Shown one piece after another: positions 13,490 to 25,012 of a stretch of DNA of 64,000 nucleotides (positions are counted from its first letter, which is position 1; every line of letters begins with the position of its first letter). The DNA is from Ostrea edulis (Eukaryota): NCBI RefSeq assembly GCF_947568905.1, contig NC_079165.1, positions 72,292,001-72,356,000 on the forward strand, given 5' to 3'. A program made the position numbers and the translations under genes. A model generated the notes under the pieces. That model worked only from the letters and a program-made list of their open reading frames with translations, did no database searches and was not told where the DNA came from.

Positions 13490-14200
13490 TGTACTAGAGA
13501 ACATTTACGACTTGTGTTTACATATCAAATGGAAAACTGAAGTTTGTTTCAAAACAACTTTCTGAACGTGCTAAAAAGGCATAATATACAATAAAAACAT
13601 GTATACCTGGATTTAATAATATTTCAGTTCAAATTTTATACCAGTCGATAATTGCTCCAATTATTACGTACGGATCTGACATATGGATTATAGATGATAA
13701 ATCAAATATCAAATCTTAAGAATATTTTCCATTCGAAAAGCACAAAATCACATTTTTGAAAGACATTTTGGGTGTGCACAAAAAAGCATCAATTTTAGCA
13801 ATCAATACTGAGCTGCGGTCCTACCCAATTTACTATTTATATTGTGAAAAATTGTTCAAATGCTATACTAGATTAAGATATTTGGAATCGTGTCCGACAT
13901 ACAACAATGCATTTTCAGTACCAGCTTTCAAAGAAGTCAAGGAGTTAACTTTAGAAAAGTCATATAAATATTCCATGGCAAAGTAAACTTTTCAGTCGTC
14001 AACAAAAACTGAACTGCATTTCTTTGAATATTTCTCATAAGGAGTTATGGCTTGAATTGAGTAAAAAAAATTGTTGATACAATTTATGAACAATTGACCG
14101 ATATCTCGTTGTCTTACTCGGGAAAACTCTGTCTCTGTAGCAGAATTTTACATTACGATGAATATAAACTACAAGATTTAATACTTAACTTTTCCTTCAA
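13490..14200 (+). mobile_element. Degenerate non-LTR retrotransposon (LINE) fragment, C-terminal part of the RT ORF
   Basis: Broken frames read ...KQLSERAKKA*...IIAPIITYGSDIW...FLKDILGVHKKASILAINTELRSYPI, matching the P-IL-TYG-x-E/D-IW and LGV...ELG-x-YP motifs downstream of LINE RT. Stops and frameshifts are present. Confidence 0.7.
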
Positions 14201-14296
14201 AATAGCGTGAACGCTCACAACTGACAAAATTAGGGATTGGTGCACATTCATTAACTATTGATACGAGCACATGTTATAAGCCAGTTATCCACAAAG

Positions 14297-14331
<35 letters not shown>

Positions 14332-15112
14332 TCACCTTGGCCCATACTTAAAGATTTTCCCTATATACGTTGATCCCTATTGTGTCCCCATCCTACCGCC
14401 AGGAGCTATGATTTTAACAAACTTGAATCTGCACTATGTCAGGAAGCTTATATGTAAATGTAAACTTCTTTGGCCCAATGTTTCTTGAGAAGAATATTTT
14501 TAAAGATTTTCGCTAGATATTTGTATGTAAAACTTTGATCCCCTATTGTGGCCGCACCCTACCCCCGAGGTCCATGATTTTTACAAACTTGAATCTGCAC
14601 TACACCAGGAAGATTTCATGCAAATATAAACTTTTCTAACCCAGTGGTTCTTGAGAAGAAGATTTTTAAAGATTTTCCCTATATATTTGTTTGTAAAACT
14701 TTGATCCCCTATTGTGGCCTCATCATTCCTCTGGGGTCCATGATCTGAACAAACTTGAATTTACTTTATACCAGGAAGCTTTCAGGTAAATCTCCACTCT
14801 TATGGCCTAGTGGTTCTTGGAAAGAAGACTTTTAAAGATTTCCCCTATATATTAGCATGTAAAAAAAAATTGATCCCCTATTGTGGTCCCAACCTACCCC
14901 CAGGGGTCATGTCAGATTTTAACAAACTTGAATCTCCACTATGCTAAGAAGTTTTCATGTAAATCCCAGCTTGTGATTATCTCCCCTTCTAAGGGGACAT
15001 GGTCTTTCATTTGAACAAACTTGAACCCCCTTCAGTCAAGGATGATTTGTTCCAAATTTGGTTAAAATTGGTCCATTGATTTGGAGAAGAAGTCGAAAGC
15101 TCAGGTGAGCTA
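14297..15112 (+). mobile_element. Helentron/HINE-type non-autonomous element carrying about 3.5 copies of a ~166-bp satellite-like unit (Cg170-like)
   Basis: SubTIR gctcacctgag (14321-14331) / ctcaggtgagc (15100-15110), palindrome ggcccatgggcc. acaaacttgaat recurs at 14417, 14583, 14749 and 14922 (spacing 166/166/173). The family name is recalled from oyster literature. Confidence 0.75.
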
Positions 15113-16180
15113 TTAAACAAGGAACAAAGCACACTGCAAATTATCTGTTGAAAATGAAATACGTTTTGTGTTTCACTGTTCTTTTTATGATAATTTATAA
15201 GCTTCGATTTGAATATTATGATATTTTTAACATAAGCATTGTACTGTGGTACTAATTCCATAAATAAAATTTTCAATATGTGTAATTACAATTGTACATG
15301 TTTTCTGCAGAGAAAAGAAACTCTTTGGTCTTTGAATGTATAGTACCAGAAGTCATTGTCTGCTACTGTTTATTATAATTGAGTTCCCGGTTCTTTGTCA
15401 TTTAACATAATTTTGACTGGTGGTGTTAATAAATGACCTGAATTTCATGATATGTTGCTAAATATTTGCCACTCCCGGTGACGGAGTTCGATTACACATT
15501 TACCCTCCATCATATTTACTTTCTGCGGACAAAGGGGAGTTACTCTTACATCGGTTTACGTTTATCGTCACTTATGACCAAAATAAGTTATGGTTTTTCT
15601 TTCAAGATGAAGTTCTGAGTATACTGAAGTTTGTAGAGTCTACAGGAAGCATTCTTATTTCAGAATTCAGAAGGTTATGAACATATCAGCCAAACCGGAA
15701 GGAATGTTATCAACTTCAATGAAAAGGTGCCAATTAACAACGTTCAGAGAACAGAATCACCAGTGATTTTATCTTTCAGACCGATGTTATTAATTTGAAA
15801 ATGTACTGGCAAATAAAATTTTCGCCGGTTTGATTCGAGTTTAAAATGAATTAGATCAAAGAGAATATTAATGTGGAAGATTTGTATATTTAATGATATA
15901 TCAATATTGTGGATGGAAGTTTTTACGGTAGATCTTTGAAGAAAAAAATCTTGGGAGCCTCGGTATATACAGACGACACACAGGGTTCATCCTGATACGG
16001 ATCCTTGCAAATTTTTACCTTTTTTATTTCAACGAAATGTTAAAATGGAAATATTACAAATGTATGGTGTTGCGGTATTTTATGATGAAATGTAAGCATT
16101 ATCTGTGATACGTGAAACTTTCTATGAATGCTCTCCCTTTGTTGTAACTATAAGTCGGTGTTGAACCAACCTCTGAAATC

Positions 16181-16542
16181 TTAAAGGGGCATTGGCTGTC
16201 ATTTTGTCATCAAAAATTGAATTCCATGAAAATTGCTCTATATTATACATTTCAGTAATAACACCGGTATTTAATAAAATTACATGTGTATTTCAAACAC
16301 AGCAGGCACATGAATGTGTAATTTTGGTAATTAAATAATTATGGTCTTGCAAGGCAATAATTCTTCCTTAAATATTTCTTTACATTAAAAGCGGTTATCT
16401 AAAGTTAATTTCAATAGGTTTCTCTTGTTTTTGTACAAAATAAATACCTTTATTAGTCATTAATATATATTCCTATGCTATTGAAAGATTTTGAGGGGGG
16501 AAAAAATGGTTGCCATCACTTTCACAACTAATGCCCTGTTAA
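16181..16542. mobile_element. Possible TTAA-flanked non-autonomous DNA transposon (Kolobok-like)
   Basis: ttaa|aggggcattgg ... ctaatgccctg|ttaa. The TIRs are degenerate. Confidence 0.35.
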
Positions 16543-19500
16543 GAAATGATTTCACATTGATCAATGTAATGCATTAAATATCAGTTGTGTAATTCTTCAC
16601 CTGACAAGGGAAATGTAAGAAATATGAATTTGAAGGCAAACTTACAGTGCATCCATTAGGAATAAATAACAGAACACCGTGCAAATGTATCGCAGGTTCA
16701 CTGATCAATATGGATTTACATGTATGTTTTCTATAAACAACACAATTGCAAAAGTTGGTTTATTACACTGTCTTGAATAATTGCGGGTTTATATGGTATG
16801 CCGAACATTTCTCAATTTATAAAATTATCCAGCACGTGCATTCACGTTTCATGTTTCCTCCACATGTTTACAGAACGATACTTTTTCTGTAGCCACTATC
16901 AGCGAGAAATTGAAAAAAAAAGAAAGAGAGATTATGCTATTGAGGTCTTGATTTCTTTTATTAATATTAATTTTTCTCTTAGAATTTTAATATTGATATC
17001 ATTACATCTTTGAAATTCTGGAAAAAGATGGAGAGCTGTCTATAACTTTCTGCGAGGGTAACACGTCTTATTGTAGAAATCACCTTCTGGGTCATCTGTA
17101 GTATTTTCCTATTTATTATCTTTTTCTTTGTTTCTGCCTTACAGGTAAAAACCCTCAATTGCAAAGTACTTGTAATCATTTTGATACCCCATCCTATGGA
17201 CAGGTCATATGAGAAACAGAGACGGAGAGCCTCGTTGGATGTTCTTTTTATTTTGTATACCCAGACCGTAATGTTCAATTTGTTGTGTGTGGTTTTTGTT
17301 TGTTTGATTGTTTTCTTCAGTTTCGACATTTTATTCGTCACGACCTCTAGCTTTGAGCCAAGTTCTGCGCCATCGCTTTGTGGGAGATAAGAAATGCTCC
17401 AACGCTGGATTTGTAAAAGTTATGAATTTTAGAAAACAAACACATTCATGTCTGCGGGTTTCCGATTGAACACAAACTGGAAGTTGATGTAAAATATCAG
17501 TGTGTAAATAATATTTTAATGGTAGTCATTGACATTTTACATTTGTACAGTTTTTGAGGACAAAAAGGATCTGGAAACAAGTGTTAATTCAACTTATAGT
17601 GTCCGAAACTCTTAAATTCTTCATCATTACGAAAATAATTATCAACCCATTGTTGAGTGGTCACAAATTAATTATGAATAGTAAACAAACTTAACAACTA
17701 AAATAAAAGTTATGAAAAAGTCCATGTCAAACCAAAACTCTTGTGAAACGTCGTTAGAATGTCACCTAGAGAAATCAATACCAAGTCTCCTCTTTTGTTT
17801 TTGCAAACTCGGAGGCTTTTAAAAAAAAACCACCTCAATTTCAATTTGCTGATATTGCCAGAACGTCTGATTTATTTCAATACACACGAGAACACCTAAA
17901 TTGTTTTTATTAATAATTAGAATTCGCCGTCAAGGGCCCGCGTGTTGATTACATTTCCATGCTCCATTTTCATTAGCATCCATCAAGGTGCAACTGATGT
18001 TACAAAGTTGTGAAAATATTCAAGGAACTTTTATTGGCGAATATACATCCCAGAGTTCTCAGATGATGCTTCCTTCTCTTTCCCGACTCGAAAACGTATT
18101 TCTCTCCCAGCGTGATGCAGATTTTCAATCATTTAGTATTTACCTAAAATACTGGCAGGTGCCATTACATTGCGCAGCTAATTAAAAATCTGTAGATCTC
18201 AAGAAAAATACATCGGGGTTCATGTTGTTTCAAGCATTAAGGGGACACGGCCCAGACCGAGGTTAATCGAACTCTTTTTTTTTTTCTTTTCATAGACATG
18301 ATGGAGAACCATATAGGTGTATCCAGTTTGCGTCAGCGGGTTTAGCTTACTAAATTTCACCAACATATGGAATGCCCAGCATTGTTACTGAAAGCAAGAA
18401 ACCCATTATTATGTAGTTTGAAAGCTCAAATTATATCTTCTCAGTTTTGAAAGGTTTAAATTTGAGAAATTCTGTAACTCCGGAAAGATTATGTATCAAA
18501 TAAGTTATACAAGCTCGTGGATAGCAATGTACGACACCCCGCGATGTCTTGGTGATTTGCTGGTTTTCATGCCAACTTTTCTTCAACTGTGTGACCGACC
18601 AGGGTAGTTTACGTCAAATGATATCCTCTTAATAAATTTAAGTAGCCAATGTATGCAGAAGAGCGGAAAGTTTTTGGTCCAAATTGTCTTGAAACAATTT
18701 TTTACAAGCTCCGTGTAATACCCGTCCTAGATTTTCTCAATTTCAGCGCGTGCCGATTTTCTATCAGACATCACGCCATATTGTGACAACATGCAAAAAA
18801 TACAAGTTTTTAATCCCTTTATTAATATCACAGACAATGCGACAAGATTATAATGATGCACAGTGACATAAATTAGACCTGATTTACACCAAGTCCAGAA
18901 CTATTGAACCTTGGAGGACAGTACTTGACGATGAACTAGAATTGACACTTTGGCGGATTCCTGAGAGTCTTCAGAAGCAGACGATTATTAACGTGATGGA
19001 ACTGCTGTAACGGCGACCAGAGACAACATAAAATCTGCTTTTCTATCGGTAATGACAGCCCGGGGGTCTAATTGGCAAATTCCGAGAGCTGCTAATAAGG
19101 AATCGGGTTCAGAACTGGATACGGATTCCTTTCCGGGTCATTAGTATGCAAATCTGTCCTGCAGCCATGTGACATCAAAATCCTCCCAACGGGAATCAAA
19201 TGAACTACAAAAAGATAAATACCTCATTACATTATAAAAATAAAAGTATAAAGGTCTCAACATACATTATAATTGTATTTGATTCGCTAAGAGTGGGTTC
19301 TTGAGAATCTTCACTTGATTTCGTTTTGGACAGTCAATCGGTACAATTAGTAGTACTGGTACCCATGACTACTTACTAAATGTAAAGGTATATTGCACTT
19401 TGTGTGGTGTTTAATTCTTTGGCTAGTTCCGATACAGCAAGATCCACTGGGTGGCTGAAGGTTACGACGTTCTAGCTAGCTAAGTTCACAATCAACAACT

Positions 19501-19546
19501 CAGTCAAATATAGAAATATCACAGACATGCTTTGTTTGGAAACGTT

Positions 19547-19842
19547 CTAAACGACGTTGCCAGAAAAATGTGGGGAAGGAATTTCCTCCATTGTATGGAT
19601 TCCGGAAGTTCCATCACTGTCTTGTTCTTGAAGTCGGGGCTTTTCATGGAAACTAAATGTATGATGAACGTCGAAGTTCGTATTTTGGCGACACTGGTAT
19701 TTAAAACTACTTCCATGTGAACTTCCCGCCCGGGCAGGAAGGTTTATAGGAGATAAAGGCGATGTCCTATCAGGAAAAAAGTTTGTCGACCTCTCCTGAT
19801 GAAGAATATTAATTGGAGAAGGCATACTGCTTCTAAATTTTC
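19547..19842 (-). CDS. Protocadherin terminal exon (GKFRSSMPSP...DSDGTSGIHTMEEIPSPHFSGNVV*)
   Basis: Strong acceptor tttctctcccttttctAG|GA. Phase 1 matches exon 2 and puts ORF 19547..19825 in frame. Confidence 0.8.
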
Positions 19843-19907
19843 CTAGAAAAGGGAGAGAAAATCATTATAGCATCAGGAACATGTTGCTAATAATCTGATT
19901 CATTTAA

Positions 19908-20030
19908 GAAATAAATAATTTAAAAAAAAAAAAAAAAAAATACATGAGGGTAACCCATAGCACTTCATGAAGTATGCCGGCGTGAAGCGGTGCAGTTCAT
20001 ACCCTCATGTATTTTCAAATATCAAATTTA
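19908..20030. mobile_element. Short deletion derivative of a TIR element, in protocadherin intron 2
   Basis: Perfect 16-bp inverted repeats aaaatacatgagggta (19937) / taccctcatgtatttt (ends 20015). Same ends as 49903-50380 and 61331-61470. Confidence 0.7.
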
Positions 20031-20301
20031 ATTTTATATTTAAATTCTACATTCACTTCTGTCGGAATTCCCAGCCATTAAATCAGACGTACTATGTTTA
20101 CAAAGATTCACACACGCATTGTTCACAACTGCAGTACATTTACGAGGAAATGACTATCAATGCAATTTGTAAAGACATTAAAGGTAAAAATATTGGAAAT
20201 GTAAATACAAGAATATCTTTTCGCTTGTCACCAGAAATGTTATTGTTGAGTTTCATCTACAGGTTAATTTGATATTCATTATTTTCTGATGATGGATGTA
20301 C

Positions 20302-20452
20302 CTTTTCTACTGTGATACAGCATCCCTCTCCCTATGCCATCACGTGCCTCGTCATCACTCAAGCCCCGCCCACTGTCACTATTAGTTGAGTTCATGGAAC
20401 AGTTACTCTGGTTATCCTCCGTCTGATGTCTGGGAAAGTTTGGGAGATGTTC
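20302..20452 (-). CDS. Protocadherin exon 2 (EHLPNF...STNSDSGRGLSDDE...HSRK)
   Basis: Acceptor ttttgttttcaaatattAG|GAA and donor AAAG|GTACAT. 151 nt, phase 0 to phase 1, open frame. Encodes a DSGRGxSD motif like the conserved protocadherin cytoplasmic motif. Confidence 0.85.
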
Positions 20453-23400
20453 CTAATATTTGAAAACAAAAGTATGTTACAAGTAAATCTGCGAAGTGAA
20501 GAAAACAAAATTGTCGCTTTTTAACGACACTATACCTTCCATGGTTTCCTATACATATAATCCTAATTAAGGTATAACGATTCAATCATGCAGAACAGAC
20601 ATTTCGACTGCAATTTCGCATGTCTCTGTAATACCCGGATGACATATGACCATATTTGTGACGTTATATGAATCTACCAGTAAATGACCGGGAAATTCGT
20701 AATAAATCTTTAAGCTGCACCATAAACCGACACAAGCACTCTATCACACACTTTGCTGTCTCAAATACTTGAGAATCAGGTGAATTCACAAATAAGAAGG
20801 AAGAAACGGAAACCATATGCCCCGAACATGAAAAATGAATTGTGGAGAAAAATGCAAAGAGGATGCTAAAAAAAATTGACAGGCCCGCGATACAGGCATT
20901 AAACCTGTTAACTGTATTCCGGTTGGGTCTTTTTTGTACTGTTTACACTGACAAAAAACGGACATGTGCTGTTCTGCTTGGCTAGCTTTCTACAAGTTCC
21001 CGTATCCAGAAGTCTGTCTGACATGGAGTTTTGGGAGGAAAAATAATGAAATCGGGGAGTTAAGGCGGTATAACTAGAATTCCTGACTTGGAGTTCAATC
21101 TATTTTGAAAGTTTACTTCCGCATAAAAATAATAACAATGTGGGAAATATTGAACGATTCCGCAAGTGTTTGGACTTTTCTATTTGAGTATTTCAGATGT
21201 TTTAGAATTAATTCTGGTTATCAAGGTTATAATTAGGTTCAGCGTTTGAAACTTGATAGCATCTTTGTAAACCAAAACTTACAACAAAATTACAAAGGCT
21301 CTACAATTTATTGGAAAATAAATCCTGCAGAGTAGGCTGTATGACCGTTTTAAAATGAAGTGAAAGGTGAAACTGATAGAATACAAACACATTTTTATGC
21401 AATTACTGATCCAGTGTGGTACAACATCAATTCTTGAATGTTTAGTAAGAAATTGAAGACTATAAGCGATACTAGATAATACTAAGTTATGGACTTCTAA
21501 TACACAAATTCGTTCGATACAATCTCTGCTTTATTCATCGCGCTCTATCATACGAATAATTTATGCAAATACGCCATACTTTCTTTCATTTTACCCGGTA
21601 GCAAAGCTACGCAAAAATCAGATTAGGCAACAGATAAAAGAAACACCTTTGCACAGAGTGGTTCTTGTTCTAGGGTCGAATTTATGCAAAACCTGGTCGA
21701 GAATTAGTCGATTAGTAGGATCCACATACAATGTATTCCATAAAAAAAATTATAGCTAGGGGTTACATGGAAATGTAGACATCGCAGACATTTGCGTTGT
21801 ACAATTACTACACATATGAAACAAATCTAAACATCATCATTCATCAAAATTACTCTAAATTTTAGATGCAAAACATTTGATTGTTTGCATCGAATGAAAT
21901 ATTGATTGTGAAACAGTTAATTTCATATTGTAGATTTCAAGCGTGTTATGAACGATCATTCAAGTCGATTTCCACATTCTACTGTTAACCATTTTCACTT
22001 GATGTGATGCAAGCTGGTTTTTCGAACGCGCAAAATTCAAATGTTTACAATCTATTGAATTCAAAGGCTGAATTCTCAAATGAAAGTGACGAAACTTCGT
22101 TTGCAGACTATCGGAAATAGGTTTTTTCACGTCTGCAGCAGTTGCCTCTTCACTGGAATCCATGTTTAACACCATCAACGTTTTAACGTCTCATCAACTT
22201 GAAGAGAACACTTCAAATTGTTTGGTTATTTCATGAAATGCAAACGGTGCAAAACATACCCACTTCACCTTGGAGGTTCACAAATTAACAAATTTTTCAA
22301 AATATACGAATATGATGCATGCCTAAAAGATTGTGCATATGAAAAGAATTTCTGTCAAAACGCCTTCTTAAAACATTACGCATGTATTGTTTATTCGGAG
22401 AGTGCAAAAACTTAATTGTGCCCATGTATACATTTTATATTTATTATTTCAAATAAATCTACCGTTGAGAGTTTAGGATCGGATTTATTTACATGAACTT
22501 TGTACACTTAATGTTCTGTTCGCTTTATTGCATATGTTGGTCCACAACAATCTGTATTTTGTATCAATGCTCGAAGACGGAGAAGGGATCTGAGACATTA
22601 TGCGAAACACTGTAAAGAGAGAGCCGACTTTCCCTTTATCTTAAAACTCGTGGCTTCGTGATAGACATTTATTATAATTTTCTTGATCTGGGCTCAGAAT
22701 TATGATGACTTTTGCAGAATTGATTTTCCCCTTTGCAATCTGGGCTACAAATGTCATAAAAACACGGAAAGACAATGTGTAATGCGGTCCTTCGAGATGC
22801 CCGGATGCCAAAGAAAGGTGAAAGGTGAAACTGACCCTTTGCAGGCCTAAACATACATCTGTTCAAAAACAAGCGAAAATGTAGCTCTGGAATTCTAATT
22901 AAACCTTTGGTCATTCTCAGAAACATTGTACTGAAAAGCACGTCTCTGAGGTTGTGTTACTGCCCATCATCTTATACAGCCCCCTAAATCAACACATGCT
23001 TACTTGATAAAGCGATGTAAGAATCTATCAAAAACCTGAACTATCCGGCTAATATATATTATATTGACATGCGATATATTTTAACCACGGCTTATCGGTG
23101 GATAAATAGCGGGGAAATTGGTCGATATCTTATCTAACGTCGACACCATGTCGACATCGTCGTGTTTTACCATTAATTTTGTAGTGATCTCCCCTGATTA
23201 AGCATGTCGATAGCTACTCTTGAGGTGCGAACAGTTTGATTGATAATCAGATGAAAAATAGGATTTTCGATTTAAAAATTGAAGAATCACTTATTCCTGG
23301 AGATTTAGCCCCCCTTCCTGCTGGGCTATTTTGTTACAAGGGTGGGTCTTATCTAAAACAATGGATCACTTCATAATTTCCATATTTCATAAGCTAATAA

Positions 23401-25012
23401 ATTTCAAAAATCAATCTGTCGATGTTTTCCCTCAGAACATTTATTAACCAGCATTATAATTAAATTCTGCTTGCGAGGTTGAAGGACATGGGAAAATTAC
23501 AGAAATCGAGTTGATCTCAAACCAACAGACATGTTCTGTCTTGTTCAATTTTCTACTGAAGTAGATTCCGATGTTTTCGAGATTATACAGTATCATAAGC
23601 GGAAATGGTAAAAACTAGCGCCAAGGCATAAAGTCAAGTACCCTTCCCTTCCAAAATACATGAAGGATAGCGTGTCCCCCTTCCTGCTGGGCGGGCGCGT
23701 TGGTTCCGGTTTATATGAAATGCAGGGTTGCATTGCATGGTATGGGTTACTCTAAACCTGAAACTGTTCGAGTTGTCTAAACAAAATCTGTTTAGCATTG
23801 TCGACAAATAAGCTTAACTCTAAACATCGTTTGAATGCCATAATTGATTTCACGTGCAAAAACATTTTATTTCAATGTGGATATGTAATAAGAGAACCAT
23901 ATCCCGGAGATTATTAAAACACGGAAAAATATCCATTAGTAATCCCTAGCTCTAAAACTTCCGATACCCCCTTTTTAAAGAACTCATTCTATGTCAATTC
24001 CAAGTCTTCCTTCAATAATCTTGATTTAGTTCACTAATTGCTTGAAAAAGAACATTTAAGTCCATTTCTGTTATTTCTGAAAATAAATAATTACATACAA
24101 TGGCAGTTCCGAGGTGGAAACCATTCAAAACTAACATTAAGAAATAGTTCAATTCTCGCTTAAAATAATGAAATACAGATTTACCTTGTGCCAAAGGATA
24201 AATAAGTTTTGGAACCATGGTGATTTGTTTAATTTTTCTCCACTTACAACTACAGAAACTTGCCCGGCATCTTAAGGAACAACATTACATCATTTCAGTA
24301 TAACGATCTAAAGACTTGCTGTGGGGTTTCTTAAATTGTGGCTACGAGGTTTCAAATAGACTGAAGACGTATATTTTCGAAAGAGAATAAATCAAAAGGC
24401 AGCGACTGTGATACTAAAACTGATTTGTTTACGGTGGTCAATAATTTTGATGTTATCACTCCTACATGTTAATAAAGTGTCACCTCGTCTTCGGGGACGC
24501 AACGGGGCGTTACGCAACCCCCTAACAAGGACACTAAGTACCGCTCCGATCCCCAAACCGAATTTACACTTGAATTATTCATACCAACTACCACCAAGCC
24601 TCCATTCCAATTAATGGCTTAACTTCGATTTAATTAGATGAAATAGTTCGTGATGTGAAAGAGGTTACTCATTACAGGTGCGATGACACACATAAGAGGT
24701 ATTAATTGAAGCTGTAGTAACTATTGTCATTCCCGTCAGTTTCTCTATTGATAGCTCTCACACATCACGGTCGGCTTTTGCATACTTTATAATCAATATG
24801 ATACTCTCAGTAGTAGTTAGGACCATGTATATTGCATCAAAATACTAAACAAGTATTCTAACCATATTTTCAAGCAAATAGAACCAAAGCAATATTGTAT
24901 GTACATGGTTATATATTTCATCTAATCAAAGAGTAAAGAGAGCTGGAAATTTGTAAAAACAAAAAATTGCCAGAATACAATTTATCGAAATCAATAGAGG
25001 TAGCACACTTAC

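Noticed and set aside
18880-19204. GC-richer patch with an acceptor at 19205 as an alternative last protocadherin exon
   Set aside because: The phase-1 join gives a short peptide without motifs. An AATAAA at 18823-18818 fits a plain 3'UTR.
24926-25012. Hydrophobic C-terminal 28 aa of the 925-aa protocadherin ORF
   Set aside because: It lies after a perfect in-frame GTAAGT donor, so it is intron read-through and not a second TM.
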